A stretch of 64,000 nucleotides of DNA from the IMG/VR virus record IMGVR_UViG_3300025117_000036, positions 57,860 through 121,859 of that record, one strand, 5' to 3'. The stretch's first letter is position 1, and each line of letters starts with the position of its first letter. Position numbers and translations under genes: made by a program. This document shows, one piece after another, positions 30,813 through 40,575 of the stretch. Source of the stretch: a virus. A model generated the notes under the pieces. The model was not told where the DNA came from and made no database searches. It worked only from the letters and a program-made list of their open reading frames with translations.

Positions 30813-31355
30813 TTATACCGCCCAATTGCAAAAGATTATCGATTTTCCTACAAATGGAGTATAGCCAACAACCCTAAGACGACAACGAGGATTCATTCTT
30901 GCATCAAAGTATAACTTTCCTAATCCTCCCACATCTGCACCATTAAAAATTCTAATTAATTCTTGTGCTAACATATCGGCTCTTGTCTGATAATTACTAA
31001 GTTGAGCAACCTTCGCGTGAGGGTATATTTCCATGCCTATAGAAATATTCCCTACAACATAATTCACAGGATCGGCGGTTAAAACAGAAATTCGTAATTG
31101 GCAACATTCTTCTACCCATGCCGAATCTAACCCCGTTGTCATAAACACCCTACAATCCGTCATAGTTTTTAAACCATCGTAAATCAACGCTCCCTTTTGA
31201 GATTTTGTAAGATCAGGATGGGAACTATCTTCTTTCCAGGCATTTGCATCATTATATTGTAATAACTTCCACACTAATTCACTATTATCAATTAAGTGTG
31301 TTATGCAATTATAGGGTAAAATAGGGAGAATACCAAAATCATTATAGTTTGACAT
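30813..31355 (-). CDS. putative tail terminator / completion protein
   Basis: LVWKLLQY, RADMLAQELIRIFNG, GLGKL; position. Confidence 0.55.
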   Translation of the reverse strand: MSNYNDFGILPILPYNCITHLIDNSELVWKLLQYNDANAWKEDSSHPDLTKSQKGALIYDGLKTMTDCRVFMTTGLDSAWVEECCQLRISVLTADPVNYVVGNISIGMEIYPHAKVAQLSNYQTRADMLAQELIRIFNGADVGGLGKLYFDARMNPRCRLRVVGYTPFVGKSIIFCNWAV

Positions 31356-31382
31356 TTGCCATAAATTCTCCTCATTAAAAGC

Positions 31383-31415
31383 AAAGAGAATATTAATTTA
31401 ATTAATATTCTCTTT
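31383..31415 (-). terminator. hairpin terminator
   Basis: AAAGAGAATATTAAT/ATTAATATTCTCTTT inverted repeat. Confidence 0.5.
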
Positions 31416-31465
31416 ACATTTTATTAATAAAATAAAAACAATATTTTATTTAATTCAATCTTATT

Positions 31466-31729
31466 TTAATTTTTCTGATTTTCTTGATCTTCTTGATTTT
31501 TTTGACCGGAATGTTCATCACGATCTTCAGCTTCAAGTTCTAAAAGAATTTCTTTTAAAGAATCGATTTTACCTTGTAGTTGAGCAACGTGGACATTAGT
31601 TTCATGAATAAAATCTAAAATGCCCGTTTGTCTCATAAATTCATTAAGTTTATCTTGATTTTCTTTTTGATATTTTTTTAATTCTTCATCTAGAAATTCA
31701 ATCTTTTCTTGAATAATACTCGATTTCAT
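31466..31729 (-). CDS. small coiled-coil protein (possible fibre chaperone)
   Basis: Follows the large fibre gene; GGAG RBS. Confidence 0.55.
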   Translation of the reverse strand: MKSSIIQEKIEFLDEELKKYQKENQDKLNEFMRQTGILDFIHETNVHVAQLQGKIDSLKEILLELEAEDRDEHSGQKNQEDQENQKN

Positions 31730-31765
31730 TTTTTAATTATCTCCAATATTCAAAACATGTATAAA

Positions 31766-34700
31766 TTAAATATAATATCCCCATATTTGTAGTATAACAT
31801 CAAATGTACCTACACCACTGGCCCCTATTTGATAATAAATATCTCCGTTACTATCACAAGGAATATCATCCCCTCCTCGATACCATCTATCATTTACTGT
31901 AAGCGGAGAAAACGGAATTCCTAAGCCATCAGTATCAGTAGGGCCAAGAACCAAATACGTATCTGTTCCCGCTGAATCACTATCTCTTACGCCCACATAT
32001 ACTTTAACTGCTTTAATTCCCGCGGGCGCACCAAATACAGTAGATAAATCAATTAGCGTTTTAGCCGTAGTGCTAAATGAATCTCCATCCCAAGATGTTG
32101 AAGTTAAAGGAACAGTCAAGGGAACAAAAATATAACCCGTATATGATGTTGAATTTTTATAACTTATTAATGATCCGGTATAAGCAATATTGCTTCCGCC
32201 AGGGTCTACGTTCCTGCCTACATAAATACCACCTGTACCAACAATTAAATTGGCAGACCCCGCAGGAGATGTTTTCCAACCTCCAATATATATACCATCT
32301 GATAATCTTAATTCTGTATTACATTCAAGATATTGTCCCTCGGTAATATCGGCAACTAAAGTCATCAACGATGATGTAATTCTATTATGAGCATGTAAAC
32401 TTATTTTAGCACTACTTAATGCCTCGCTTCCAGATGTTGATTTTAAACTAAGAGTATTGCTACTCCAAGAAGATGTTGAATATATAGCTAAAGAATTGCT
32501 TCCTAGGCTATTGCCTGTGCCATACATTCCGCCTACAGCAGAACCAGCATAAACAAATTTATAAGCTAAAGTAGCATACTCAGAATCAGCAACATCTATC
32601 CGTATACCAGTATTATCAAGAATCGTGCTTCCTGCCATTATAGCACCTGAAGAAGAAATGATTACTTGAGAAACTATTCCATCTGTTCCCCCTCGAAAAC
32701 TCATAGTACCTTCTGATACATCCCAAAATACATTTGCTTTATTCGTAGCAACATATCCTAATGTAATATCGCCGTTATTTAGCCATTGACCATTTAAATT
32801 ACCACTACCATACATTCTTAAACCATTGTTGGGGTCAATACTAATGTATTCTCCACTACTGGCTAAACCCAATATTAAAGAACCAGATGTTAAATTTGTA
32901 TAAATATTATCTCCGGCTTTAATATATACGGCACTTGAAGACACTATTAAATGATCATTAGAAGAAACTCCAAGTGTAAGAACTCCTCCTACTAAATTAG
33001 TATAAACATTTGCACCATCTTTAATTTGAACGCTTCCCGAATCAATAAAAATATGCTCCGTTGAAGTGTTACCAACCGTAATGTATCCACTTGCATTTAA
33101 ATTAATCAAACTTGTTATATTATTTCTTAACGATAAAGTACCTTCACTACGATCATAAAGCAAATTAACTTGATTGGTTCCAACACTACCGAATAAAATA
33201 TCACCAGCATTTAAACTGGGACTTCCAAATTCTGTACCTAAATTAACTCCGTCACTTGTAATTAATGCAAATGAACCAGTGTTATTAGAACCACTCGTAC
33301 TTGAATAACCTAATAATCCATAGGCATTTCCTCTAATATATCCGGTTTCACGTGTACCTCTAAGATAAATACTATTAACACTCGTAGTTACTACAACCGG
33401 AGCATTTGATTGATAAACATTTTTAATTTCTTGAGAACTTAAAGCTGTAGGCAAAATAACCACTTCGTCTATTAAACTATCAATAAAATTGCCCGCCGCA
33501 TGATTTTGTCCCACCCAAAGAGTACTTAGTGTTCCCGTTGGGGGAACATAGTTAGCAATTGCCCCCGATTGAACACCATTTAGATACAGTATTAAGCTTC
33601 CAGTTTTCCAAGTTGCGGCTACATGATTCCATCCAGAACCAGCAGTTATTGCGCCCGTTCCAGTACTAACAATTATGCTACCAGAACTACTTGCGGCATA
33701 AGGTGTAGCTACAGCACTTGTTGAAGCATAAACTCTTAAATAATCACCCCCTCCAATAAAAGCAGTTGCTAAATGTTTAACGCTAATATAATCACAATTT
33801 TCTAGATAATACCAGCACATAAAAGTACCAGTATTTAAATTAATTATATTTGATCCAGAACTAGTATTATAGCCAAAAATTGCATCAGCACGATTACTAA
33901 TTGAATTATGAGCAGCACCACTCCAAGTATGTCCAACACCTAAAGAACCATCCATATAGGGAGTACATTGATCTACTTCTGCTTGAATTCCATCAAACCA
34001 TACAGCCGTCGATGAATCTGTATTTCTATTGCGTAGATGAACTCTTACAGCTACAGAACCACCAGTTGTATTTGTCCAACTTCCAGATATCTTTTCCCAA
34101 GTATTTTGAGTTGCAGGATATATTTGCGATCTAATTGCTGCATTGGTAACATCATAAAGAAGCATATCTCCATAGTCTAGCGTACCCCCATTTTGCCATA
34201 TACATCCACTATAATAAACCGTTTCTCCATCATCAATGTTTCTTGACAATGGCATAATAGCAGTAACATTTGTTGCAGAACCAGCAATTGTTTTTAAACA
34301 ACTTTGACCATAATAACTTTTTTCTTGATCAATCAATAAAGAACCACTTCCTAAACTTATTGACCATCCAGATAAATTTACTTCGAAACTACCATTAGTA
34401 ACCTCGTTTTGTCCGGCTCTTGCTAACTGAAGTGATTTTCCAAATTTACCAGGACGAAAGATAGTTCCACCTGAAATTGTAGGAATTTGCCCTTTGTGAC
34501 CAATCAAATCTCCCGTATAATCGCTTTCATAGGGCTGAGGGCCATCGAATCTATTTACTAGATAAGCATCTCCAACATTAATACCATATCCAATTGCGCC
34601 ATCGCCTACAACTACATTGCCTCTAATATATAAGTTGCTTCCATCCCAAGACCACCCTTTTAATAATGCCGATCCTGAAACTGTACCAACATGCATTTTA

Positions 34701-36166
34701 TATAAATTATCAGCACTAGACTTTCCAAACCATATTCCGTTTTGACTCAAATATCCCGTAGGAATTGGATATCCAATTGCCATATAAGGATAAGAACTTG
34801 GTTCTAATGCCATTACTCTAGATGAACTACTATATAATCGAACGGGTAAATTATGTGCTTCAATAAATTGATTACTAATTCTTAAATAATTAGAATCATC
34901 TGTAACGCCTGTTCCGGCATACATTCCGTATTCACCAAATGATGCAAAAATACCATATAAATTCCCTAGTCGATTATTAACAACTTTACCAGAATGAGGG
35001 TGAACAGTCCAACTAACAATTTGAGTATAGGGAGAATTTTCCCCTCTATATCCATCAATTGCATTACTTTCAATAAAGCCATTACCACTAATTCCATAAT
35101 CGGGAACGGTTGCACCAGCAGAAATTGTTGCTCCAACCGTTGCCGCACCACTGTTGGGTGAAGCAGAACGAATAAATGTATAAGTTTGAATTTTATTAGT
35201 TGTATCGGTTGAAACCCAAGTTACACTTCCATAACAATTTGAAATACTAAGTGAACAACCACTTCTATCAAACTGTCTAATATTTACAATATCATTATCT
35301 AAAAATACCCTAAAAGTATCAAATCCTTTAAAGGAATCTACAATTAAAGTTGCACTTGCTCCCGCGGCAGGAACAATAAAATCAGATGCTAAAACAGATG
35401 CCGATGGAAATATACCGTGTACACCCGCGCGTACAGCCTCTAAATCAGCAATAAATGCTCTAGCGTGTAATTCATCTGCATACAAATAACGAAAATCACC
35501 ACTTCCAGCATAACTAATTCCCCAACCTGTAGTTTGAGATACATAATCATCACTTTGAATTCTAACCCCGGTAGTCAATCTTACTCTACTTCCCGATGGA
35601 GTTAAATTCAAATCTTGATCTGGAACAATTGAAAGACTCGCTCCAACATTAGTATCAATATATGGAACAGTAATTTTTTCAGTTGCTTCAATTTTATGTA
35701 CTTTGATATCTCCCGATGCATCACTTTTAATAATGGCACTAATGGGAGTAGAAACATCTGAATAACTTGCTATTTCATGCCAATGATTTGCACGAGCAAA
35801 ACTAGTAGACGTTCCTTCTGCATTTGTAGAAGAACCCGATAAGCTAATTCCCGTAGCGGTAGAAATCGGATGTATATGATCTAATCTAGCCGCCATAGGG
35901 GAACTACCAATAGAACCTGATGCATCCGGTAAAATTGTTACAGGCAAAACATTATTAAAAATATTAAGGGCATGGGTATGACTTCCAGAAGCACGATTTA
36001 CAGCACTAGAAGAAATTGTTCCTGGTAAAATCAAATTTACGGAACTACCAGAAACAATTAAACCATTTCCTTCACCAACAATTATTTGACTTGCACTAAG
36101 ATATAAACCACTACCCGTAATTTCAAAAAGTGGTAATTGGCGCGGGTGTAATTGAATAACTGCCAT
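31766..36166 (-). CDS. large fibre / adhesin-like virion protein with CBM-like and LamG domains (1466 aa)
   Basis: AARLDHIHP and FARANHWH fibre motifs; NEVTNGSFEVNLSGW...VWFDGIQAE (CBM4/9-like); WNHVAATW...LYLNG...IDEVVI (LamG). Confidence 0.75.
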   Translation of the reverse strand: MAVIQLHPRQLPLFEITGSGLYLSASQIIVGEGNGLIVSGSSVNLILPGTISSSAVNRASGSHTHALNIFNNVLPVTILPDASGSIGSSPMAARLDHIHPISTATGISLSGSSTNAEGTSTSFARANHWHEIASYSDVSTPISAIIKSDASGDIKVHKIEATEKITVPYIDTNVGASLSIVPDQDLNLTPSGSRVRLTTGVRIQSDDYVSQTTGWGISYAGSGDFRYLYADELHARAFIADLEAVRAGVHGIFPSASVLASDFIVPAAGASATLIVDSFKGFDTFRVFLDNDIVNIRQFDRSGCSLSISNCYGSVTWVSTDTTNKIQTYTFIRSASPNSGAATVGATISAGATVPDYGISGNGFIESNAIDGYRGENSPYTQIVSWTVHPHSGKVVNNRLGNLYGIFASFGEYGMYAGTGVTDDSNYLRISNQFIEAHNLPVRLYSSSSRVMALEPSSYPYMAIGYPIPTGYLSQNGIWFGKSSADNLYKMHVGTVSGSALLKGWSWDGSNLYIRGNVVVGDGAIGYGINVGDAYLVNRFDGPQPYESDYTGDLIGHKGQIPTISGGTIFRPGKFGKSLQLARAGQNEVTNGSFEVNLSGWSISLGSGSLLIDQEKSYYGQSCLKTIAGSATNVTAIMPLSRNIDDGETVYYSGCIWQNGGTLDYGDMLLYDVTNAAIRSQIYPATQNTWEKISGSWTNTTGGSVAVRVHLRNRNTDSSTAVWFDGIQAEVDQCTPYMDGSLGVGHTWSGAAHNSISNRADAIFGYNTSSGSNIINLNTGTFMCWYYLENCDYISVKHLATAFIGGGDYLRVYASTSAVATPYAASSSGSIIVSTGTGAITAGSGWNHVAATWKTGSLILYLNGVQSGAIANYVPPTGTLSTLWVGQNHAAGNFIDSLIDEVVILPTALSSQEIKNVYQSNAPVVVTTSVNSIYLRGTRETGYIRGNAYGLLGYSSTSGSNNTGSFALITSDGVNLGTEFGSPSLNAGDILFGSVGTNQVNLLYDRSEGTLSLRNNITSLINLNASGYITVGNTSTEHIFIDSGSVQIKDGANVYTNLVGGVLTLGVSSNDHLIVSSSAVYIKAGDNIYTNLTSGSLILGLASSGEYISIDPNNGLRMYGSGNLNGQWLNNGDITLGYVATNKANVFWDVSEGTMSFRGGTDGIVSQVIISSSGAIMAGSTILDNTGIRIDVADSEYATLAYKFVYAGSAVGGMYGTGNSLGSNSLAIYSTSSWSSNTLSLKSTSGSEALSSAKISLHAHNRITSSLMTLVADITEGQYLECNTELRLSDGIYIGGWKTSPAGSANLIVGTGGIYVGRNVDPGGSNIAYTGSLISYKNSTSYTGYIFVPLTVPLTSTSWDGDSFSTTAKTLIDLSTVFGAPAGIKAVKVYVGVRDSDSAGTDTYLVLGPTDTDGLGIPFSPLTVNDRWYRGGDDIPCDSNGDIYYQIGASGVGTFDVILQIWGYYI

Positions 36167-36191
36167 AAATTTATACTACTCCTTTCGCGCC

Positions 36192-37463
36192 TTAATATGA
36201 TCCCTTTAATAAAATAGAAATTTCTTTAGATAAAGAATCTGAAATAGCATTAATAACTAAGGGATTATCTAGATAAAATTCAAGATTTTCTAGGCTAAAT
36301 GAATTACTACCCGTAGTAGTTAAAATATAATTATCTGTTGGAACATCATCATTAGCTACAACAAACACAAATGATCCAGCAGTAACTACTCCATTATTAT
36401 AAATATACACAGTATATTCCTGTGTATCTCCTTGTAAAATATATGAAGGAGAAGGAGTTACCTGAATATTGTTTTCAACTACAGATGCACTAACTGTTAT
36501 ATCAACCGTATCATAAATAGTTGAATTATCAACTAATCTACCTGTAATTATACAATTTCCAGAACCACTTAATGTTACAATACTTCCACTAATTACCGCA
36601 ACCGACGATGAACTTGTAGTATAAGTAATTGCTTTAGAAATTACTAAGCAATTTGAAGTTACAGTATCATATAATTGATAAGTATCTCCAATTCCACCAA
36701 CAATGGCGGAGGGAGAAATGGACAATAAAAGAACATTTTTATTATAATCTGCAATTCCGTTTACAATATCATCTGTGCTTTCATTAACAAATTGCTTTCC
36801 CATTGCAAATTGAAGCAATTTAGTGGAATCATTATCTTCTGTTGATTCGTTTAGAAAATTTAAAATTCCTCCACCGTATACACGATAGCAATTCCAAGCA
36901 CCGCTATTACCAAATAAAAATCTTTGATTTTCACGAATGGTTTTAGTTTTTGAATTTCCTTGACAAAAAAGCTGAATTGTTCCATCTGGTAACAATGGAT
37001 CAGTACGATTAATATTATTAGGAGTGCCAACTTTATAATCAATTACACAATGTTCAGTATAATAATTACCGTTTGTATCTACCCATCTTAAAACATTGTT
37101 ACATCTACGAACTAAAACTGAGCAATAATGTCTTTTTATATTGTCAGTATTTGTAACTAAATAATAACTACCATTAAAATAAAATTTTTCTCCCAATACA
37201 ACTGATCCAGAACTACCACTAAAATAAATATTTTTGAAATCATCGCCTAATTTTACACCAGTAATATTATCAATTGCACTTGTGACTCGCACATTAACAT
37301 TTACATATGAACCTGTTGAAAAAGGAGATTCTTTTTCTATTGTTCGATAGGTTGACGCATTCGAAAACATATCATCCGAATAGTCTTGAAATGCATCCTC
37401 CCAATTTTCTTGATTTGTTTGTAAGAAGGTTGGAGAGCCAGCAATAAGATATTTATAAGCCAT
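36192..37463 (-). CDS. head-closure-type protein with Ig-like domains
   Basis: LGDDFKNIYF, RRCNNVLRW, DDIVNGIADY, YTTSSSSVAVI (Big_2-like). Confidence 0.6.
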   Translation of the reverse strand: MAYKYLIAGSPTFLQTNQENWEDAFQDYSDDMFSNASTYRTIEKESPFSTGSYVNVNVRVTSAIDNITGVKLGDDFKNIYFSGSSGSVVLGEKFYFNGSYYLVTNTDNIKRHYCSVLVRRCNNVLRWVDTNGNYYTEHCVIDYKVGTPNNINRTDPLLPDGTIQLFCQGNSKTKTIRENQRFLFGNSGAWNCYRVYGGGILNFLNESTEDNDSTKLLQFAMGKQFVNESTDDIVNGIADYNKNVLLLSISPSAIVGGIGDTYQLYDTVTSNCLVISKAITYTTSSSSVAVISGSIVTLSGSGNCIITGRLVDNSTIYDTVDITVSASVVENNIQVTPSPSYILQGDTQEYTVYIYNNGVVTAGSFVFVVANDDVPTDNYILTTTGSNSFSLENLEFYLDNPLVINAISDSLSKEISILLKGSY

Positions 37464-37472
37464 TTACCCTCC

Positions 37473-37940
37473 TTATCGAAAATCCTGATCTTCCCACGCG
37501 TCCCAATCATTATTTCTATAACCATATTTTTGCAAAATTCTATCAATTTCTTCTTGCTTAGTATTATAAAATTCTCGTTTTTCTTTTAGATTATTTGCTT
37601 CTGCAAATGTTTTAAAATCTCGATCTTGCAAGTGTAATCTCATTTGATTTACATCTTGCACTTCTTTTTGCATCCAATATTTTGTCATAATTTGAGCAAG
37701 AATATTTTTATGTTGTTGGATTAAATCTAAAGTAAACACTTGAGTTGTTGTACTATAAGATAATGCTTGAGAACACAAATCAAATTCGTCAATTGCCATC
37801 AATAACCAAGGCTCTAAATATGTATTTAAACTGGCGCTTCCAGACGTTTGATATAATGCTGTTAAACGATAATCATCAATCAAAGTTAAAGCGAGGTCAC
37901 AAATTTCATCTAGTGTTGTTGCCATTTGACCTCCTTTCAA
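37473..37940 (-). CDS. head-tail adaptor protein
   Basis: TTLDEI...IDDYRL, ILAQIMTKYW, DFKTFAEANNL; true start is probably the ATG at 37925. Confidence 0.6.
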   Translation of the reverse strand: MKGGQMATTLDEICDLALTLIDDYRLTALYQTSGSASLNTYLEPWLLMAIDEFDLCSQALSYSTTTQVFTLDLIQQHKNILAQIMTKYWMQKEVQDVNQMRLHLQDRDFKTFAEANNLKEKREFYNTKQEEIDRILQKYGYRNNDWDAWEDQDFR

Positions 37941-37967
37941 AAAAGATCATTTTTATTATTTGTTAAA

Positions 37968-38699
37968 TTACTTTTTCTCTACAAATTCTTTATAAATAGG
38001 TTTACTATTTTCGTATTTTTCAATAATCTTAATGCCAGAAATACGAGTTAGCCTATCTATTAAATTTAAATCTACTTTTTCATTGGCTAACATTTTAGAA
38101 ATTAACATATCTGTAATTACTTCTCGTTGAGATTCATTCGCTGACTTAAACAGAGAAACAATATTATCATCATTTGTTCCCATTAAAATCATTTCTATGT
38201 TTTGATGGGTAAGTACGTTTCCGCAAACATCGTCTAGACCATTTTTACGAATGACATTTCTATTCATTATATAAAAATATCCTTTTTCTAAAAAGTGACG
38301 ATAAACTTCTAAAATTTCCACTAAGTCAGAATATAAAATGCGTTTTGTTTCTCCAAAAGATTTAAAAGTAAACGCTTTTCCTTTTCCACTGGCCTTAGTG
38401 CTTAAATTTAACCAACCAGGATATAATGAAACCACTTTAATATATGCATCAGGACGAATTTCAATTCTATCAAATTCATCCTCAGTATCGTCAAATTCTA
38501 TATTTGTATTTGTAGATTTTTGACCTAGACTATTTTTTTCTAAAGATGCTTGAACAGGAGTTAAAGCATTAATCTTTTTTTCCAACTCATCAATTTTTTC
38601 TAATAACTTAGAAACCATTGTAGTTTCAGCACTTTCTTCACCAGAAGCATCATCTGAAACTTGTACTTCCGCAATATGCGATTTTTTAGGACGAGCCAT
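37968..38699 (-). CDS. conserved hypothetical protein following the capsid gene
   Basis: 243-aa ORF with AAGGAG RBS. Confidence 0.7.
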   Translation of the reverse strand: MARPKKSHIAEVQVSDDASGEESAETTMVSKLLEKIDELEKKINALTPVQASLEKNSLGQKSTNTNIEFDDTEDEFDRIEIRPDAYIKVVSLYPGWLNLSTKASGKGKAFTFKSFGETKRILYSDLVEILEVYRHFLEKGYFYIMNRNVIRKNGLDDVCGNVLTHQNIEMILMGTNDDNIVSLFKSANESQREVITDMLISKMLANEKVDLNLIDRLTRISGIKIIEKYENSKPIYKEFVEKK

Positions 38700-38720
38700 T
38701 TAAATTTTCTCCTTCAATTT

Positions 38721-38750
38721 TGGCGCGTGGGAATAATTTCCCACGCGCCA
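38721..38750 (-). terminator. strong hairpin after the major capsid gene
   Basis: TGGCGCGTGGGAA-TAAT-TTCCCACGCGCCA. Confidence 0.7.
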
Positions 38751-38790
38751 TTTATTTAATTAAAAATTTAGAATATAGAAATTCTGAATT

Positions 38791-39906
38791 TTATACGGTC
38801 ATTACTGCCGCGATGGAATTGGTTGCTACAGCGACCCCCCAACTCTTCAGTAAAGTAGAGCGTTGCAGTAAATTAGCATTATCATAATAATTATCAGTAT
38901 ATGCAACAGTCGAACCTTCGAGAACTAGTTTTAGAAGTTTTTGAGCAGATGGAGAAACAATCCATAGACGATCAGAAGCAAGGCGTAAAGCCCACTCAGT
39001 TCCGTGATCTGCTACTTGGGGTAAAGCTAAAATATCATAACCAAAGGCTGTGCGAACATAGCCAAGTTTCATGAATTCATCATTTAGGGTATAACGATAG
39101 TTAGCATCGTCGGGTAGAATATTAACTAGTGCCAGTTGAGTACCCATAATAATCGGTTTGGCCCCACCATTCCAAGCACCGACTTGTTGGCACAGGCGAA
39201 CAAGAGAAGCTTGACTGTAGCCAGCAACTTGCAAACCAGTTGTAGCGGTAGTAGGAAGTGCCGCCATTGCCGCGGCGAATGCATCATAAGCATCCAGGGT
39301 AACTTGAGTTTCCATAGCGCGAACCATTTTGCTAACAAATACTGCTAGAGATTCGTGACCGGAAAGAACACGATATAGAGAAACACCAACGGTTAATTCA
39401 CGTGGTTCTGGCACAATGGTAACGTTACCACGGAATTGTTTGTGCATTTCGGTAGTGCGTTGATTGCGGCCAGCTTTGCTAACAACAAAAATATCTTTTG
39501 GATCAACTTCGAAATTGGCAGAATCACCCCAACCAATAGTACGAACATCAGTATAAATACCAATGCTGTCAATAATGGTTTCGGGAAGAATCATATCGAC
39601 CATACTCGAAATAACCGCAAAAGTAGCCCAACCAAGAGTAGGGTGAGTTGCCATTTGAGCAAGAGGAAATTCAGTGAAGTTTTGAATACCAGAAACGCGA
39701 AGAATTTCACGTTTAAGAGCGGCATTCATAAGTTTTTCTTTATCCTCAAATGTAATCGGCTGACCTTTATCGTCAATAGACGAAAATTCTAGTTTTTCCG
39801 CGCCCTCAAATTTAGAGCGATATTGATTGTAATAATCGCGAAATTGTGCGTAAGGGGCAAGATTAGTTTCTCCTGCAAAATTTAAAACACTAGCGGGAAT
39901 TTTCAT
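38791..39906 (-). CDS. major capsid protein
   Basis: 371 aa after protease and decoration genes; AAGGAGG RBS; strong hairpin downstream; DVRTIGWGD, IIMGTQLALVNILP. Confidence 0.85.
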   Translation of the reverse strand: MKIPASVLNFAGETNLAPYAQFRDYYNQYRSKFEGAEKLEFSSIDDKGQPITFEDKEKLMNAALKREILRVSGIQNFTEFPLAQMATHPTLGWATFAVISSMVDMILPETIIDSIGIYTDVRTIGWGDSANFEVDPKDIFVVSKAGRNQRTTEMHKQFRGNVTIVPEPRELTVGVSLYRVLSGHESLAVFVSKMVRAMETQVTLDAYDAFAAAMAALPTTATTGLQVAGYSQASLVRLCQQVGAWNGGAKPIIMGTQLALVNILPDDANYRYTLNDEFMKLGYVRTAFGYDILALPQVADHGTEWALRLASDRLWIVSPSAQKLLKLVLEGSTVAYTDNYYDNANLLQRSTLLKSWGVAVATNSIAAVMTV

Positions 39907-39962
39907 ATTTTAAGAATCCTCCTTAATAAAATAACTATAATAAAAGCGTATAAAAATATAAA

Positions 39963-40505
39963 TTAGTTGGCTAAACAAACTAGTTTATACGCGGTTACGC
40001 GTTGCGAAGCAATGGCCGAACCACTAGCAATAGTAATATATTCCGTTGCGAGATATTTGAATGCTAGAGCATCAGCATCATGATTTGCATTCCATGCCAA
40101 TTGCCAAGTACCAGTAGCTAGACAAGCATAACCCTCAGTAGAACGCGCACCAGTAAATAAATCAGCAGAAGCAAGAATTAAATCGCCCGGTTGAGGCTTA
40201 AATGCATCAATCATATCCCCTGCTTTAGTATAGAAATTGCGAGGATCAAGATCAATACCTTTATATGCCGAATTTCCAGCGTATAGAGTTACAATTTCTG
40301 GACTATAAGCCATCCAAACATTTACTAATGATCCAGTTGCGGCTTGAGTTACTGCAAAAACTTCACCTTGCCCGCTTCCGGTAGAATATGAATCAAGACG
40401 AAACACCATTCCGTTTTCAATATCCGAGCCACTAACCGCAGTACGATTTAGAGTATCGATATTGGTTGCCATAATTTTACTAGGAACTAAAACTCCGTAT
40501 GCCAT
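39963..40505 (-). CDS. head decoration / capsid-associated protein
   Basis: DIENGMV, FYTKAG...AFKPQPGD; between protease and MCP; AGGAGG RBS. Confidence 0.65.
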   Translation of the reverse strand: MAYGVLVPSKIMATNIDTLNRTAVSGSDIENGMVFRLDSYSTGSGQGEVFAVTQAATGSLVNVWMAYSPEIVTLYAGNSAYKGIDLDPRNFYTKAGDMIDAFKPQPGDLILASADLFTGARSTEGYACLATGTWQLAWNANHDADALAFKYLATEYITIASGSAIASQRVTAYKLVCLAN

Positions 40506-40575
40506 ATTTTAAAAACCTCCTATAAATAATAAATTTATAAATACAAAATCAAAATCTAAATTAAAAAATTTTACG

